NCBI GenBank assembly: GCA_963778655.1
Contig: CAVZVA010000002.1
Span: 384,001-448,000, forward strand
Direction: 5' to 3'
Source: an uncultured delta proteobacterium
GTDB taxonomy: Bacteria > Myxococcota_A > Polyangia > Polyangiales > JAFGIB01
Length of the DNA stretch: 64,000 nucleotides
In this document: positions 11,560 through 20,104 of the stretch, in pieces
How the letters are laid out: every line of letters starts with the position of its first letter
Numbering within the stretch: the stretch's first letter is position 1
Position numbers and translations under genes: made by a program
Notes under the pieces: generated by a model
Told to the model about the DNA's origin: nothing
What the model saw: only the letters and a program-made list of their open reading frames with translations
Databases searched by the model: none

Positions 11560-11981
11560 TTCGCCGCCCCCTCCTTGGGCAAGGCGCCGAACGCGATCTT
11601 GGCGATGCCCGCGCTCTTGAGCAGGTCGAGCACCGCCATCACGCGCCGGTGGGAGACCGCGCCGTCGGCGTTGATCACCGCGCGCACCTCGGGGTCGCGG
11701 CCCTTGGCCTGCTGCGCGAGCTTCAGCATGGCGTCGTCGCTGGGCGTGGCCACGCCGTCGACCAACGCCGGGCCCTGCGCGGGCAGGATGATCGAGAAGA
11801 CGACCTGCAGCTGCTCGCTGTGCGAAGCCTTGGGCAGGTCCAGTGGGACGGCGGGCGTGACGATGATCTTGGCGGTGACGATGAAGATGATCAGCAGCAC
11901 CAGCGTGATGTCGACCAGCGGGGTGACGTTGATGCCCGTGATCATCCCGCCGCCGTTTTGTGAGGACGCGCCGCCGGCCAT
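11556..11981 (-). CDS. exbD: Biopolymer transporter ExbD/TolR
   Basis: INVTPLVDITLVLLIIFIV, LDLPKA, INADGAVSHRRVMAVLDLLKSAGI. Confidence 0.93.
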   Translation of the reverse strand: MAGGASSQNGGGMITGINVTPLVDITLVLLIIFIVTAKIIVTPAVPLDLPKASHSEQLQVVFSIILPAQGPALVDGVATPSDDAMLKLAQQAKGRDPEVRAVINADGAVSHRRVMAVLDLLKSAGIAKIAFGALPKEGAAK

Positions 11982-11982
11982 C

Positions 11983-12642
11983 TCACTGCCCCTGCGCGAG
12001 GTAGGCCAGCACCAGGTTCGAGAGCACCTCGCTGCCCGAGAGCAGGGCGGCGATGCGACGCTGGAAGTAGTTGAAGGCGGCCACCGCCGGCAGCGCCACC
12101 AGGATGCCGACCGCGGTCGCCACCAGCGCGCCCGCGATGTTCGCCATCACCACCTGGGAGGCGACCTGGGTCGCGGCCGCCCCGCCGCCGTGGCCGGGTG
12201 CAGAGTGTCCGAGCTCCTCGAACGCGCCGATCACGCCTACCACCGTGCCGAACAGCCCGATGAACGGCGCGTTGTTGCCGAGCGTGCCGAGATAGGCGAG
12301 CCAGCGCTCGAGCTGGCCCCGCTGCAGCGCGACCGCGCTCTGCATCGCCTTGTCGGCCGCGGCCGGGCCGCGCTCCGCCAGGCGCAGGCCGGCCGCCGCG
12401 ATCGCCGCCGCCACCGAGCGCGAGCGCCCGAGCTCCTCGATCGCGGTCGTGTACTGCCCGCTCGAGAGCTGACCGTCGAGCCGTTCGGCCATGGCGCGCA
12501 GGTCCCCACCCATTGCGCGGTAGTAGAACGCGCGCTCCACGATGATCGCCACGCTGAGCACCGAGAGCCCGGCCAGGAACCACAGCACCCAGGCCGCGCC
12601 CGACTGCAGCAAGATCTGCTTGATCGCATCGACTGTGTTCAT
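11983..12642 (-). CDS. exbB: MotA/TolQ/ExbB proton channel protein
   Basis: LGTLGNNAPFIGLFGTVVGVIGAF and IAGALVATAVGILVALPAVAAFNYF. Confidence 0.93.
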   Translation of the reverse strand: MNTVDAIKQILLQSGAAWVLWFLAGLSVLSVAIIVERAFYYRAMGGDLRAMAERLDGQLSSGQYTTAIEELGRSRSVAAAIAAAGLRLAERGPAAADKAMQSAVALQRGQLERWLAYLGTLGNNAPFIGLFGTVVGVIGAFEELGHSAPGHGGGAAATQVASQVVMANIAGALVATAVGILVALPAVAAFNYFQRRIAALLSGSEVLSNLVLAYLAQGQ

Positions 12643-12658
12643 CGCTGCTCCTCGGCCG

Positions 12659-13804
12659 TCACTGCGGCGACGGATACTTCCGCTGCACGAAGCACAGGCC
12701 GTCCGAGTTGAGGTGGCCTTGGGTGCTCTGGTTGTAGGTCATGTAGTCGAGGTCATCGCGCAGCACCTCGCCGGGGTCGCCGCTCGGGTCGTAGGGAATG
12801 CCCTGGGTGTCGAAGTCCATCGCCTTCGAGCTGTCTGGCGGCGTGTAATTGGCCGTGTCGCACGAGCGCCAGGGCAAGCTGTTGCCATCCTTGTCCGTGA
12901 ACGCGGTGAAATTGACGCCTTGGACGTCGGCGAGCGTCACCGTGGCAACGCCGTCCACGTCCTTGGCCTGCGCGGCGAGCGGGTCGAAGTGCGCGGGCGA
13001 GTCGTGCAGCACACTTTCCCAGAACGGGTGGTCGGTGTGGATCGTGACCTGGGCGATGGTGGTGGTATTGGCCTTGATCTGGACGCCGCGCTGGCTCTCT
13101 TCGTCGCCAAGCGCCTTGCCCTGGTTGTCGGGGTTCTGGCAGTTCACGTAGTGGGTCGGCGATTTGAAGCCGAGCCGGAACTTCACCGTGCCCGGCAGCT
13201 TGCTGAAGTCGTAGCTCGGATCGGTCGAGGTGCAGTCGCTGCCCTTGAACGTCGCGGTGCCCACGTAGAGCACGGTCCAGCCGTTCTGCACCATGTCCGC
13301 ATAGTCCTGGTTGTCGGCATCGTCGAAATTCAGCTTCTTGGCGGAGTCGGTCGCCGCGACCACGTCGAACCCGAAGGCGTAGCGCACGGTCTGGTCGAAC
13401 GGCGCCCCGCCGTTGAGGTTCTGGTTGTCGAGCGTGGCGAGCTTGATCGCCTGCTCGTCGCTGCCGCCTTTGCCCTGCAGCGGGCCACCCTTGTGCAGGT
13501 CGACCGCCCACGGTCCCTTGACCTGCGCTACGGCCTTGCCGGTCTGGGATTGGTCGGTCGGTGACTTGTCGGGACTCTCGGACAGCGTGACGTTGCCCAC
13601 GGTCACCAGCAGCTCGTCGAACTTCACCTCCCAGCCGTCGACGAACTCCGGATCGCTCGGAAAGTCGTAGCCGCCGAGCGCCAGCACCTCGCCGGATGCC
13701 GTGAGCTCGACGGTCCCGCCCCCGCCGCTGCCGCCGTTGCTCGCGCAGCCCGCCAACACGAGCGCGGCCAGCGCGAGCGACGTCACGATGATGTTCTTGT
13801 GCAT
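12659..13804 (-). CDS. Lipoprotein with His/Cys motifs, TonB-receptor associated
   Basis: Start MHKNII with RBS GGGAGAGAAGG; lipobox VLAGC; HTDHPFW, HDSPAHFD and GHLNSDGLC. Confidence 0.8.
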   Translation of the reverse strand: MHKNIIVTSLALAALVLAGCASNGGSGGGGTVELTASGEVLALGGYDFPSDPEFVDGWEVKFDELLVTVGNVTLSESPDKSPTDQSQTGKAVAQVKGPWAVDLHKGGPLQGKGGSDEQAIKLATLDNQNLNGGAPFDQTVRYAFGFDVVAATDSAKKLNFDDADNQDYADMVQNGWTVLYVGTATFKGSDCTSTDPSYDFSKLPGTVKFRLGFKSPTHYVNCQNPDNQGKALGDEESQRGVQIKANTTTIAQVTIHTDHPFWESVLHDSPAHFDPLAAQAKDVDGVATVTLADVQGVNFTAFTDKDGNSLPWRSCDTANYTPPDSSKAMDFDTQGIPYDPSGDPGEVLRDDLDYMTYNQSTQGHLNSDGLCFVQRKYPSPQ

Positions 13805-13824
13805 GGCCTTCTCTCCCTTTGCTT

Positions 13825-14613
13825 TCATTTCCAGACGAACCGATAGGCACCCGTGCGGGCGTGGAGACCGTTGTAGAGGCTGATCTCGGCCGGGCCCGAG
13901 GACGCGTCGTCGAAGCGGTACAGCGGCGGGTCCGCTTGCGCCTGCTGGAGCATCGAGAAGTCCACACCCGCGAACCACACCGTCGGATCGACGCGGATCA
14001 GCAGCTGCCCGCCGTCGTGCAGCGTGAAGTCGACCGGAATCGGGGTGACGATGCGCTGCCTGCAGATCGGGTTCTGGCCGGGAAACGCTGGATCGTTCGA
14101 GGGGATCACCCGGTTGCTGCCGATCGTGACCGAGGCCTCGAACGGATACTGCATCCCGTCCTTGTCCGCGGTGCCCGCGGCATCGAGGATCACCGTGGTG
14201 TCCTGCACGCGGTTGATGTCGCCGCCGGTCAGCCACAGCTCGCCGGCCTTGGCGGCGTAGGTGGTGCCGTCGCCTTTGACCGGAAACGGCTGCGCCTTGC
14301 TCGAGAGCGCGTCGACGTCGAGCGAGCCGAGCACCTCGCCCACGTAGATGCCGGGCAGGATGCAGCCGGTGGCCTGGCTGCCCGACGAGGGCACGCTCTG
14401 GTTCAGGTACACCGCGCCGATGTGCAGCCGCGCGCGCGTGAGCGTCACGTGGTAGCCGACGCCGTTGTCGAATTCCAGCGTTCCGTCGGTTGCGGCCTGC
14501 GCGCCGGCGGCGGCCGCGTGAAATTCCACGTGCTCGTAGCCTGTGGTCCCAGTGCAGCCCGCAAGCAGCCACAGCGCGACGCACGCGGCGGCCCAGCTCG
14601 CACGCGCGCTCAT
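13825..14613 (-). CDS. Lipoprotein, TonB-receptor associated
   Basis: Lipobox LLAGC; ATGA overlap with the receptor stop; beta-rich sequence with a Cys pair. Confidence 0.8.
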   Translation of the reverse strand: MSARASWAAACVALWLLAGCTGTTGYEHVEFHAAAAGAQAATDGTLEFDNGVGYHVTLTRARLHIGAVYLNQSVPSSGSQATGCILPGIYVGEVLGSLDVDALSSKAQPFPVKGDGTTYAAKAGELWLTGGDINRVQDTTVILDAAGTADKDGMQYPFEASVTIGSNRVIPSNDPAFPGQNPICRQRIVTPIPVDFTLHDGGQLLIRVDPTVWFAGVDFSMLQQAQADPPLYRFDDASSGPAEISLYNGLHARTGAYRFVWK

Positions 14614-17495
14614 GACTCACCTCCCAGGTGCACCGCCAGGGTGACGAAGATCTCGCGCGGCGCCCCGGCGGCGAAGTGGCGCACCGGCACCAGCGTCGGA
14701 AACGGCTCGCTGTGGAAGTCGGAGGCGTAGTTGTACTCGCCGAGCCGGTAGCGGCGGTCGAGCAGGTTGGTGACGGCGAGCCCGAGCTCGAACAGCGACC
14801 AGCCGAGCGTGGCGTTCAGATCCACGGTGAACAGCGCGTTGCCGCGCTCTCCGAGCGGCAGCGGCCGCGGCGCCACATAGGTCACGCCGCTCGACAGCCG
14901 CCCCCGGAAGGGTTTGCCCAACGGCTGCCACGTGCGTTGCAGCAGGTGGTCGTCGAACAGCGAGCCGTCGAAGCGGAACACCAGGTCCGGGATGTACGGG
15001 ATCAGCAGCCCGGTATCGTCGAACACGGCGTGCACGTAGGTGACATTGGTCGCGACGTCGAAAAAGCGGCCGGTCACGCGCACGGCGTTGGCGTTGCCGG
15101 TGCGCGTGCTCGGGCCGCCCAGGATGTTGCGCCCAGCGCTCTCGGAGAAGATCAGGTCGCGGTCGACGCGGGTCTGAAACAGCGTGGAGCGCGCGCCCAG
15201 CTCGACGCTGCCGATGCGCTTGTCGTAGCTGAGGCCGCCCTCGATCGAGCGCGCGCTGGCGAACGGCGTCTTGGCGTCCTGGTTGATGTAGATCGGGTCG
15301 ATCGAGCGGTAGCCGAAACCGTAGCTCGCGGACGCCCCCACGCCGAAGAACGGGCCGACCAGCACTGAGGCGCGCGGCGCGGCGGCCGCGCCGGTGGTGG
15401 TGATCGCCTGCACCGGCTCGCGGTAGGCGCCGAAATCCTGCTGGGTCAGGCACGACTGATCGCCGGGCGGGGTGGTCCGCGAGGGGTGGGCGACCGATTG
15501 CACCGCGCACTTGTTGAGCACGTCATAGCTGAACAGATCTGCGCGCAGCCCCCCGCGCGCGGCCAGCCACGAGGTCGCGCGCAGATCGAGGTCACCGTAC
15601 ATGCCGACGTCGCCCAGCCGCGAGGACAGGTCGGTGTCGAGGTGGTAGGGGTGACCGGTGGCGGCCTCGATCCGTCGCTGCGCGCTGCTGACGAAGTCGC
15701 CCCGCGCGAAGTAGCCCACCTCGAGCTGCTGGCGCTGGTGCAGCACGCTCTGCCACAGGCCGGCCGAGCCGCGCGCGCCGACCGTGCCCTCCATGTTGTC
15801 GAGCTCGATCAGATCGCCGCGCTGGCCGTGCGGCTGCTGGCTCGGCTCCTGTGGGTCGAGCAGAAAACCGGTGAAGTTCTCGCGCAGGCGCAGCGGCCGC
15901 ACGATGCCGAACACCTGGTTCTGCAGCACCACGTGCCCGAAGTGCGACTCCAGCTGTCCGCTGAGCGAGTAGCGCGAGGCGTCCTCGCCCTGGCGCGGAT
16001 CGTAGGTATCGAAGAAGCCGACCCGTCCAGCCTCGTAGTCGTCCTCGCGCAGCACGCCCGCGGTGTGCGCGCTGGCAGAGTACGCGGTGGCGGCGAGCCG
16101 ATAGGTGTGCGGGCCGCTGTGGCCCTCGTATTGAGTCATCGCGCTGGCGCGCCGCGCGTCGCGGTTTTGGCCGAAGCCGTCGGTCTGGTACAGCTCCACG
16201 CCCGCGTAGGTGCCGTCGCTCGCGCCCTCCGGGCCCCAGAGCAGCAGCGTGCGGGAGGCGCCGTAGGAGCCGAGCATCTGCTTGGCGGTGATGCCCCGCT
16301 GGGCCAGCCCGAGCTGGTACTCGGCGCTGCCGGCGACCGCGAAGTTGCCCTGTCGCGGATCGAAGGGCCCCTCGACCACGCGCAGCGAGGACACCAGCTC
16401 GGGGATGATGAAGTGCGTGTCGGCGTAGCCGTTGCCGTGCAGGTTGCCGGCCTCGTTGATCGGCACGCCGCCGGCGCTGAACTCGATGTCCTGGCCCTCG
16501 CGTGCGTCGAAGCCGCGCAGAAAGACCTGGTCTGCGTGCGCCTGCCCACCTTCGTTGGTGAGCAGCACGCCGGGCGCGAGCTTGAGCATTTCGGCCGCGT
16601 TCTGGCGCGGCACCGAGGCCAGGTTGCCGATGTCGAGCTGGAAGTCGGAGCTGCCTCGGCTGGGCGGCCGCGCCTGCCCGCGCACCGTGACCTCGATCGG
16701 TGCTTCCGGCGGTGGCGTGGCGGCTGCTGCTTTGGACCGTTGCTGCGCGGCGGCTTGCGCGGGTGCAGCGCCTGCGCCGGAGGCCGCGCCCGGCGGTGGC
16801 GCCGCGGGCGTCGCGGCTACCGGTGCCGCCACCGCCGCCACCTCTGGCGGGGCAAAGCGAAACGGGATGCGGATCCGGCTCACCACCAGCTGGCTGCCGC
16901 GCCGCGCCGGCATGAAGCGCCACTGCTTGACCGCGTCGAGCGCGGCCTGATCGAGCGCGGCCCCCGCGCTCTGTGCGACCTCGGCGTCGCTCACGCCGCC
17001 GCCGATGTCCACTGTGACCAGCAGCACCACCGTGCCCTGCTGCCCCGCGGCCAGCGCGGCCTGCGGGTACACCGCGTCCACACGGCTCAACAGCTCGGGC
17101 GGCGTGATCGCGGGAGCCGCCGGGCCCGGTGCGCCGGCCGGGGGTGCGGGCGGTGTGGCGGGCGCACCGGGGGCTTGCACGGGCGCCGGAGCGGGCGCGG
17201 CCGCCGGCGCCGGCGGCGTCCGTGGCGGCTCAGCTGGTGCGGACTGCGGTGCGCCTTGCTGGGGTGGCGCCTGCGCGCCCGGTGGCGGGACGGGCTGCGC
17301 GTTCGCACCCGGCGCTTGCGCCGACGCGGGTGCGTCCTGTGCGTGCGCCGCGAGCGCGCACGACCACACGCACAGCGCCAGGGTGCAGCCGCGCGCACGC
17401 GCGCGCCGCGTCGGCCGGCGACAGCTGCCGCGTGTGGTCGGGCTCGAGGTCCGCCACACGCCGCGGCGGCGCGGACCCGGATCGTTGGCCTTCAC
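14610..17495 (-). CDS. TonB-dependent receptor with an N-terminal TonB_C domain (probable transition-metal transporter)
   Basis: GTG 17495 with SD AAGGAGA; signal peptide; Pro/Ala linker; TonB_C domain (YPQAALAAGQQGTVVL...LDQAALDAVKQWRFMPA); plug AHADQVFLRGFDAREGQD...LHGNGYADTHFIIPEL; barrel end NLLDRRY...GAPREIFVTLAVHL. Confidence 0.9.
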   Translation of the reverse strand: MKANDPGPRRRGVWRTSSPTTRGSCRRPTRRARARGCTLALCVWSCALAAHAQDAPASAQAPGANAQPVPPPGAQAPPQQGAPQSAPAEPPRTPPAPAAAPAPAPVQAPGAPATPPAPPAGAPGPAAPAITPPELLSRVDAVYPQAALAAGQQGTVVLLVTVDIGGGVSDAEVAQSAGAALDQAALDAVKQWRFMPARRGSQLVVSRIRIPFRFAPPEVAAVAAPVAATPAAPPPGAASGAGAAPAQAAAQQRSKAAAATPPPEAPIEVTVRGQARPPSRGSSDFQLDIGNLASVPRQNAAEMLKLAPGVLLTNEGGQAHADQVFLRGFDAREGQDIEFSAGGVPINEAGNLHGNGYADTHFIIPELVSSLRVVEGPFDPRQGNFAVAGSAEYQLGLAQRGITAKQMLGSYGASRTLLLWGPEGASDGTYAGVELYQTDGFGQNRDARRASAMTQYEGHSGPHTYRLAATAYSASAHTAGVLREDDYEAGRVGFFDTYDPRQGEDASRYSLSGQLESHFGHVVLQNQVFGIVRPLRLRENFTGFLLDPQEPSQQPHGQRGDLIELDNMEGTVGARGSAGLWQSVLHQRQQLEVGYFARGDFVSSAQRRIEAATGHPYHLDTDLSSRLGDVGMYGDLDLRATSWLAARGGLRADLFSYDVLNKCAVQSVAHPSRTTPPGDQSCLTQQDFGAYREPVQAITTTGAAAAPRASVLVGPFFGVGASASYGFGYRSIDPIYINQDAKTPFASARSIEGGLSYDKRIGSVELGARSTLFQTRVDRDLIFSESAGRNILGGPSTRTGNANAVRVTGRFFDVATNVTYVHAVFDDTGLLIPYIPDLVFRFDGSLFDDHLLQRTWQPLGKPFRGRLSSGVTYVAPRPLPLGERGNALFTVDLNATLGWSLFELGLAVTNLLDRRYRLGEYNYASDFHSEPFPTLVPVRHFAAGAPREIFVTLAVHLGGES

Positions 17496-17511
17496 GTAGC
17501 TCTCCTTCGCG

Positions 17512-17531
17512 CCGAGCCGAAAGCGGCTCGG
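17512..17531 (-). promoter_or_regulatory. GC-rich hairpin (8-bp perfect stem) immediately 5' of the receptor Shine-Dalgarno
   Basis: ccgagccg-aaag-cggctcgg; SD at 17507-17501. Confidence 0.45.
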
Positions 17532-17740
17532 TCGTGCGGGGAAATGGCTGCGCAGCGGCGGATGCCGGCGCAACGAATCGAGCGATGGGTCGTGCGCAGG
17601 CCGGGCTCGGCCCACACGCCGTCACGCGCATGCGGTGTCCGGCGCGGCGGTGAGGCCGGCGTCTGCACCGCGTCACACCGTCCCTCGGCACCAAGGGCAC
17701 GAGGACTGCGCGCGGCAAACCAGAGTCTCTAGGCCAGGCC

Positions 17741-17908
17741 TAGAGCACCGAACAGTTTGAAACGTGTGCGAAGTCGCGGTGATGGGGGGATGCAGGGTGC
17801 GGGCAGGAGCCCGCAGGCGTAGCGAACCCTACGTCAAGCGGCGAGTGCTCGTGCCATGCGCCCGCCAGTGCCGTGAATCGTGCGCGTTTCAATCTGATCG
17901 GTGCTCTA
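17741..17908. mobile_element. MITE-like element, 168 bp, ~31-bp imperfect terminal inverted repeats, TA (CTAG) at both ends
   Basis: Left end TAGAGCACCGAACAGTTTGAAACGTGTGCGA; right end reverse complement TAGAGCACCGATCAGATTGAAACGCGCACGA; no coding capacity. Confidence 0.7.
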
Positions 17909-18316
17909 GACCGGGGGAGAGGCTTTGGGCGCCAGCACGTAGATCGCCTGCAGAAGCGGGCGCGCGAGCGCGCACGCAGGCGCGGCCGGCGCAGGCGAGG
18001 GCGGCATCTTCACGCTGGCGAGCGCTGCGGGCGTGTGCGCCGCGCGGCGATTGGCGGCCAGCGCGCAGTGGACGTGCCCGTGCTCCTCGAGCGCCACCGC
18101 GTCGGCACGAATCGCCGACGACGCGCTGCGGCGCGCAACGGCAGCGGCGCGCGCCGCGGGTCCGCCCGACGCGGCGCTCTCCACCAGCTCGCCGTGCTCC
18201 GGGCACATGGTGTGCCGCACGAGCAGCAGGTGGCCCACGCTCGCGACCTGCGTGGACAGCGCCAGCAGCGCGATCGCAAGCACGGGTCTACGGGCGGTGG
18301 AGGTCTGGCGGCGCAT
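17906..18316 (-). CDS. Small exported His/Cys-rich protein (DUF2946/CruR-like leader), 136 aa, C-terminus APKASPPV
   Basis: MRRQTSTARRPVLAIALLALSTQVASVGHLLLVRHTMCPEHGELVE...EEHGHVHCAL...IYVLAPKASPPV*; first gene upstream of the TonB-dependent receptor. Confidence 0.75.
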   Translation of the reverse strand: MRRQTSTARRPVLAIALLALSTQVASVGHLLLVRHTMCPEHGELVESAASGGPAARAAAVARRSASSAIRADAVALEEHGHVHCALAANRRAAHTPAALASVKMPPSPAPAAPACALARPLLQAIYVLAPKASPPV

Positions 18317-18329
18317 CGGCTCGGCCGCA

Positions 18330-18359
18330 AGTATACGCGCACGCCGCCGGGTTGGCCAA
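18330..18359 (-). promoter_or_regulatory. Sigma70-like promoter TTGGCC-N18-TATACT for the leader ORF
   Basis: -10 TATACT at 18335-18330, 13 nt before ATG 18316. Confidence 0.5.
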
Positions 18360-18370
18360 GAGGTCAAGCG

Positions 18371-18389
18371 GTTGTAACACGGTTGCAAC
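18371..18389. promoter_or_regulatory. Palindrome GTTGTAAC-ACG-GTTGCAAC, Fur-family (Zur-like) operator candidate
   Basis: 8-3-8 inverted repeat with one mismatch, AT-rich, just upstream of the -35. Confidence 0.55.
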
Positions 18390-18420
18390 ACGCGCGACGG
18401 TCCCGTCGCCGCGGCCGCGC

Positions 18421-19164
18421 TCAGCGCCGCCGGTCGAGCACGATGCGCAGCACGTACCAGAACAGCAGCATGACCGAGGCGAACAGCGCGAGCGCCGCCG
18501 CCACGTGCTGGCTGGTGCGGTAGCGCAGCATCACGTTCGAGGTGTCGTACAGGATGTAACCGCAGGCGAACGCGATCATCGCGTAGCTGAAGAACATTCC
18601 GAGCGTGAAGCCGAAGATCAGCGAAAGCACGATCAGGCCGAGCGCGGCGATGCCGGCGAGCGCCAGCACGCCCCGCAGAAACGAGAAGTCCTTGCGCGTC
18701 ACGAACACGATGCCGGTCAGCGAGGTGAACATCATCAGCGTGATCAGCGCGGCCTTGGACAGCAGGTTCTCGCCGTTCTGCGCTCCCACCACGACCGCCG
18801 CCGCGATCATCGGCAGAAACAGGATCGATTCGGCCGCGGTGAACAACGCCAGCCCCGCGTACTGCTTGCCCACCGACGTGCTCGACAGCGCCCAGCGGTC
18901 CGCCAGGTAGCCCACCCCGATGAAGGCACCGAGCACGAGCATCCAGGCCAGGCGGCCGGCCATCACGAAGCGCAACATGGTCTGCGCGACGGGCGTGGCG
19001 AACCACAGGGCCTCGAGCAGCGTAAAGGCGACGATCGCGCCCAGCAGGTGCAGGTAGGTCTTGGTGATAAAGGCCGCGCGCTGCTCGGCCGAGGCCTGCG
19101 CGACGACCGGTGCGCTCTGGCGGGCGTGCGCGGCCCATGACTGATCTTGCGTGCGTGAGTCCAT
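18421..19164 (-). CDS. Bax inhibitor-1/YccA family membrane protein
   Basis: RAAFITKTYLHL, about 7 TM segments, TRKDFSFL, GYILYDTSNV, AALALFASVMLLFWYVLRI. Confidence 0.9.
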   Translation of the reverse strand: MDSRTQDQSWAAHARQSAPVVAQASAEQRAAFITKTYLHLLGAIVAFTLLEALWFATPVAQTMLRFVMAGRLAWMLVLGAFIGVGYLADRWALSSTSVGKQYAGLALFTAAESILFLPMIAAAVVVGAQNGENLLSKAALITLMMFTSLTGIVFVTRKDFSFLRGVLALAGIAALGLIVLSLIFGFTLGMFFSYAMIAFACGYILYDTSNVMLRYRTSQHVAAALALFASVMLLFWYVLRIVLDRRR

Positions 19165-19243
19165 CCTCAATCTCCTGGCGCGCAGCCCCTCGCACGCGCG
19201 GCCATGACTTTGCCACGGATCGTCGCCGGGCGCGAACCAGCCC

Positions 19244-20104
19244 TCACTGGCGCACGGCCGAGGCCGAGCTCTGATTGGTGATGGCGGGGCTGCCGCTGCC
19301 GGGCAGCACCGCCCGCGCGTTCGCCAGCAGGTTGCGCACCGCCTGAAACGCGTTCGGCTCGTAGTCCGCCTCGACCATCTCCATGCCGTCGAGCACCGCG
19401 TAGTAGCCGAGCTCCATGCGCAGCTCGCCCATCAGGTGGTTGCTCGAGAGCTCGAGCGTCGCGGGCTTGTCGCGCGTGTCGACGAAGCCCACCTCCTGAT
19501 AGCTCTGCTGGCTGGTGTAGTAGCGAAAGTGGTGCTGTTGCGTGCCGCCGTTGGGGGACAGGTAGTTGCCTTCGAGATAGACCGCGCGGCCGACCATCGG
19601 CACGTCGAGCGGCAGGTCGACCGCGTCGCGATCCGCCTGATCGATCCAGATTCGCGTCTTGCAATACTGCCCGGCGGGCGGCTCCATGCGCGCCAGCGAG
19701 ACCACGCTGTTGTCCTTGTCCATCAGATCGATCACGTGCGGTACGCCGAGCACGGTCGGGGTGCTGGCCACGTGCGCGTACGCGATCGACGGGCCCAGCA
19801 ACCCCCGCAGCTCCTGCCAGAGGCGCGCCTGCTCGCACGGCAGCAGCTCCACGCGGCTGAGCACGACGTAGGCCTTCTGCAGCGTGATGGCGTAGCCGCG
19901 ATCGGTCGTGAAGCTGCGCTCGGCACCGGCCGGATTGGCCGCCGCTTGCGTGTCCGCCCCCGGCAGGTGCATCACTCCGATCTCGACCGCAGTGCCGTCC
20001 TGGTGCGTGGTGCAGCGCGCGAGCACGGGCAACAGCGCGGCCAGCGCCAGCGCACCGGAAAGCCGCGCGGCCCACGACCGCGCGCGTGCCCTGCTACAGG
20101 TCAT
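19244..20104 (-). CDS. Exported hypothetical protein with AYAHVASTPT motif (putative metal-binding partner)
   Basis: Signal/lipoprotein-like N-terminus; overlaps the upstream barrel gene; good codon bias. Confidence 0.7.
   Translation of the reverse strand: MTCSRARARSWAARLSGALALAALLPVLARCTTHQDGTAVEIGVMHLPGADTQAAANPAGAERSFTTDRGYAITLQKAYVVLSRVELLPCEQARLWQELRGLLGPSIAYAHVASTPTVLGVPHVIDLMDKDNSVVSLARMEPPAGQYCKTRIWIDQADRDAVDLPLDVPMVGRAVYLEGNYLSPNGGTQQHHFRYYTSQQSYQEVGFVDTRDKPATLELSSNHLMGELRMELGYYAVLDGMEMVEADYEPNAFQAVRNLLANARAVLPGSGSPAITNQSSASAVRQ

Noticed and set aside
17500..17740. Cobalamin riboswitch before the TonB-dependent receptor
   Set aside because: No AGGGAA, GCCCCCGCAACTGT or GCCACTG...GGGAAG (B12 box) elements on the minus strand.
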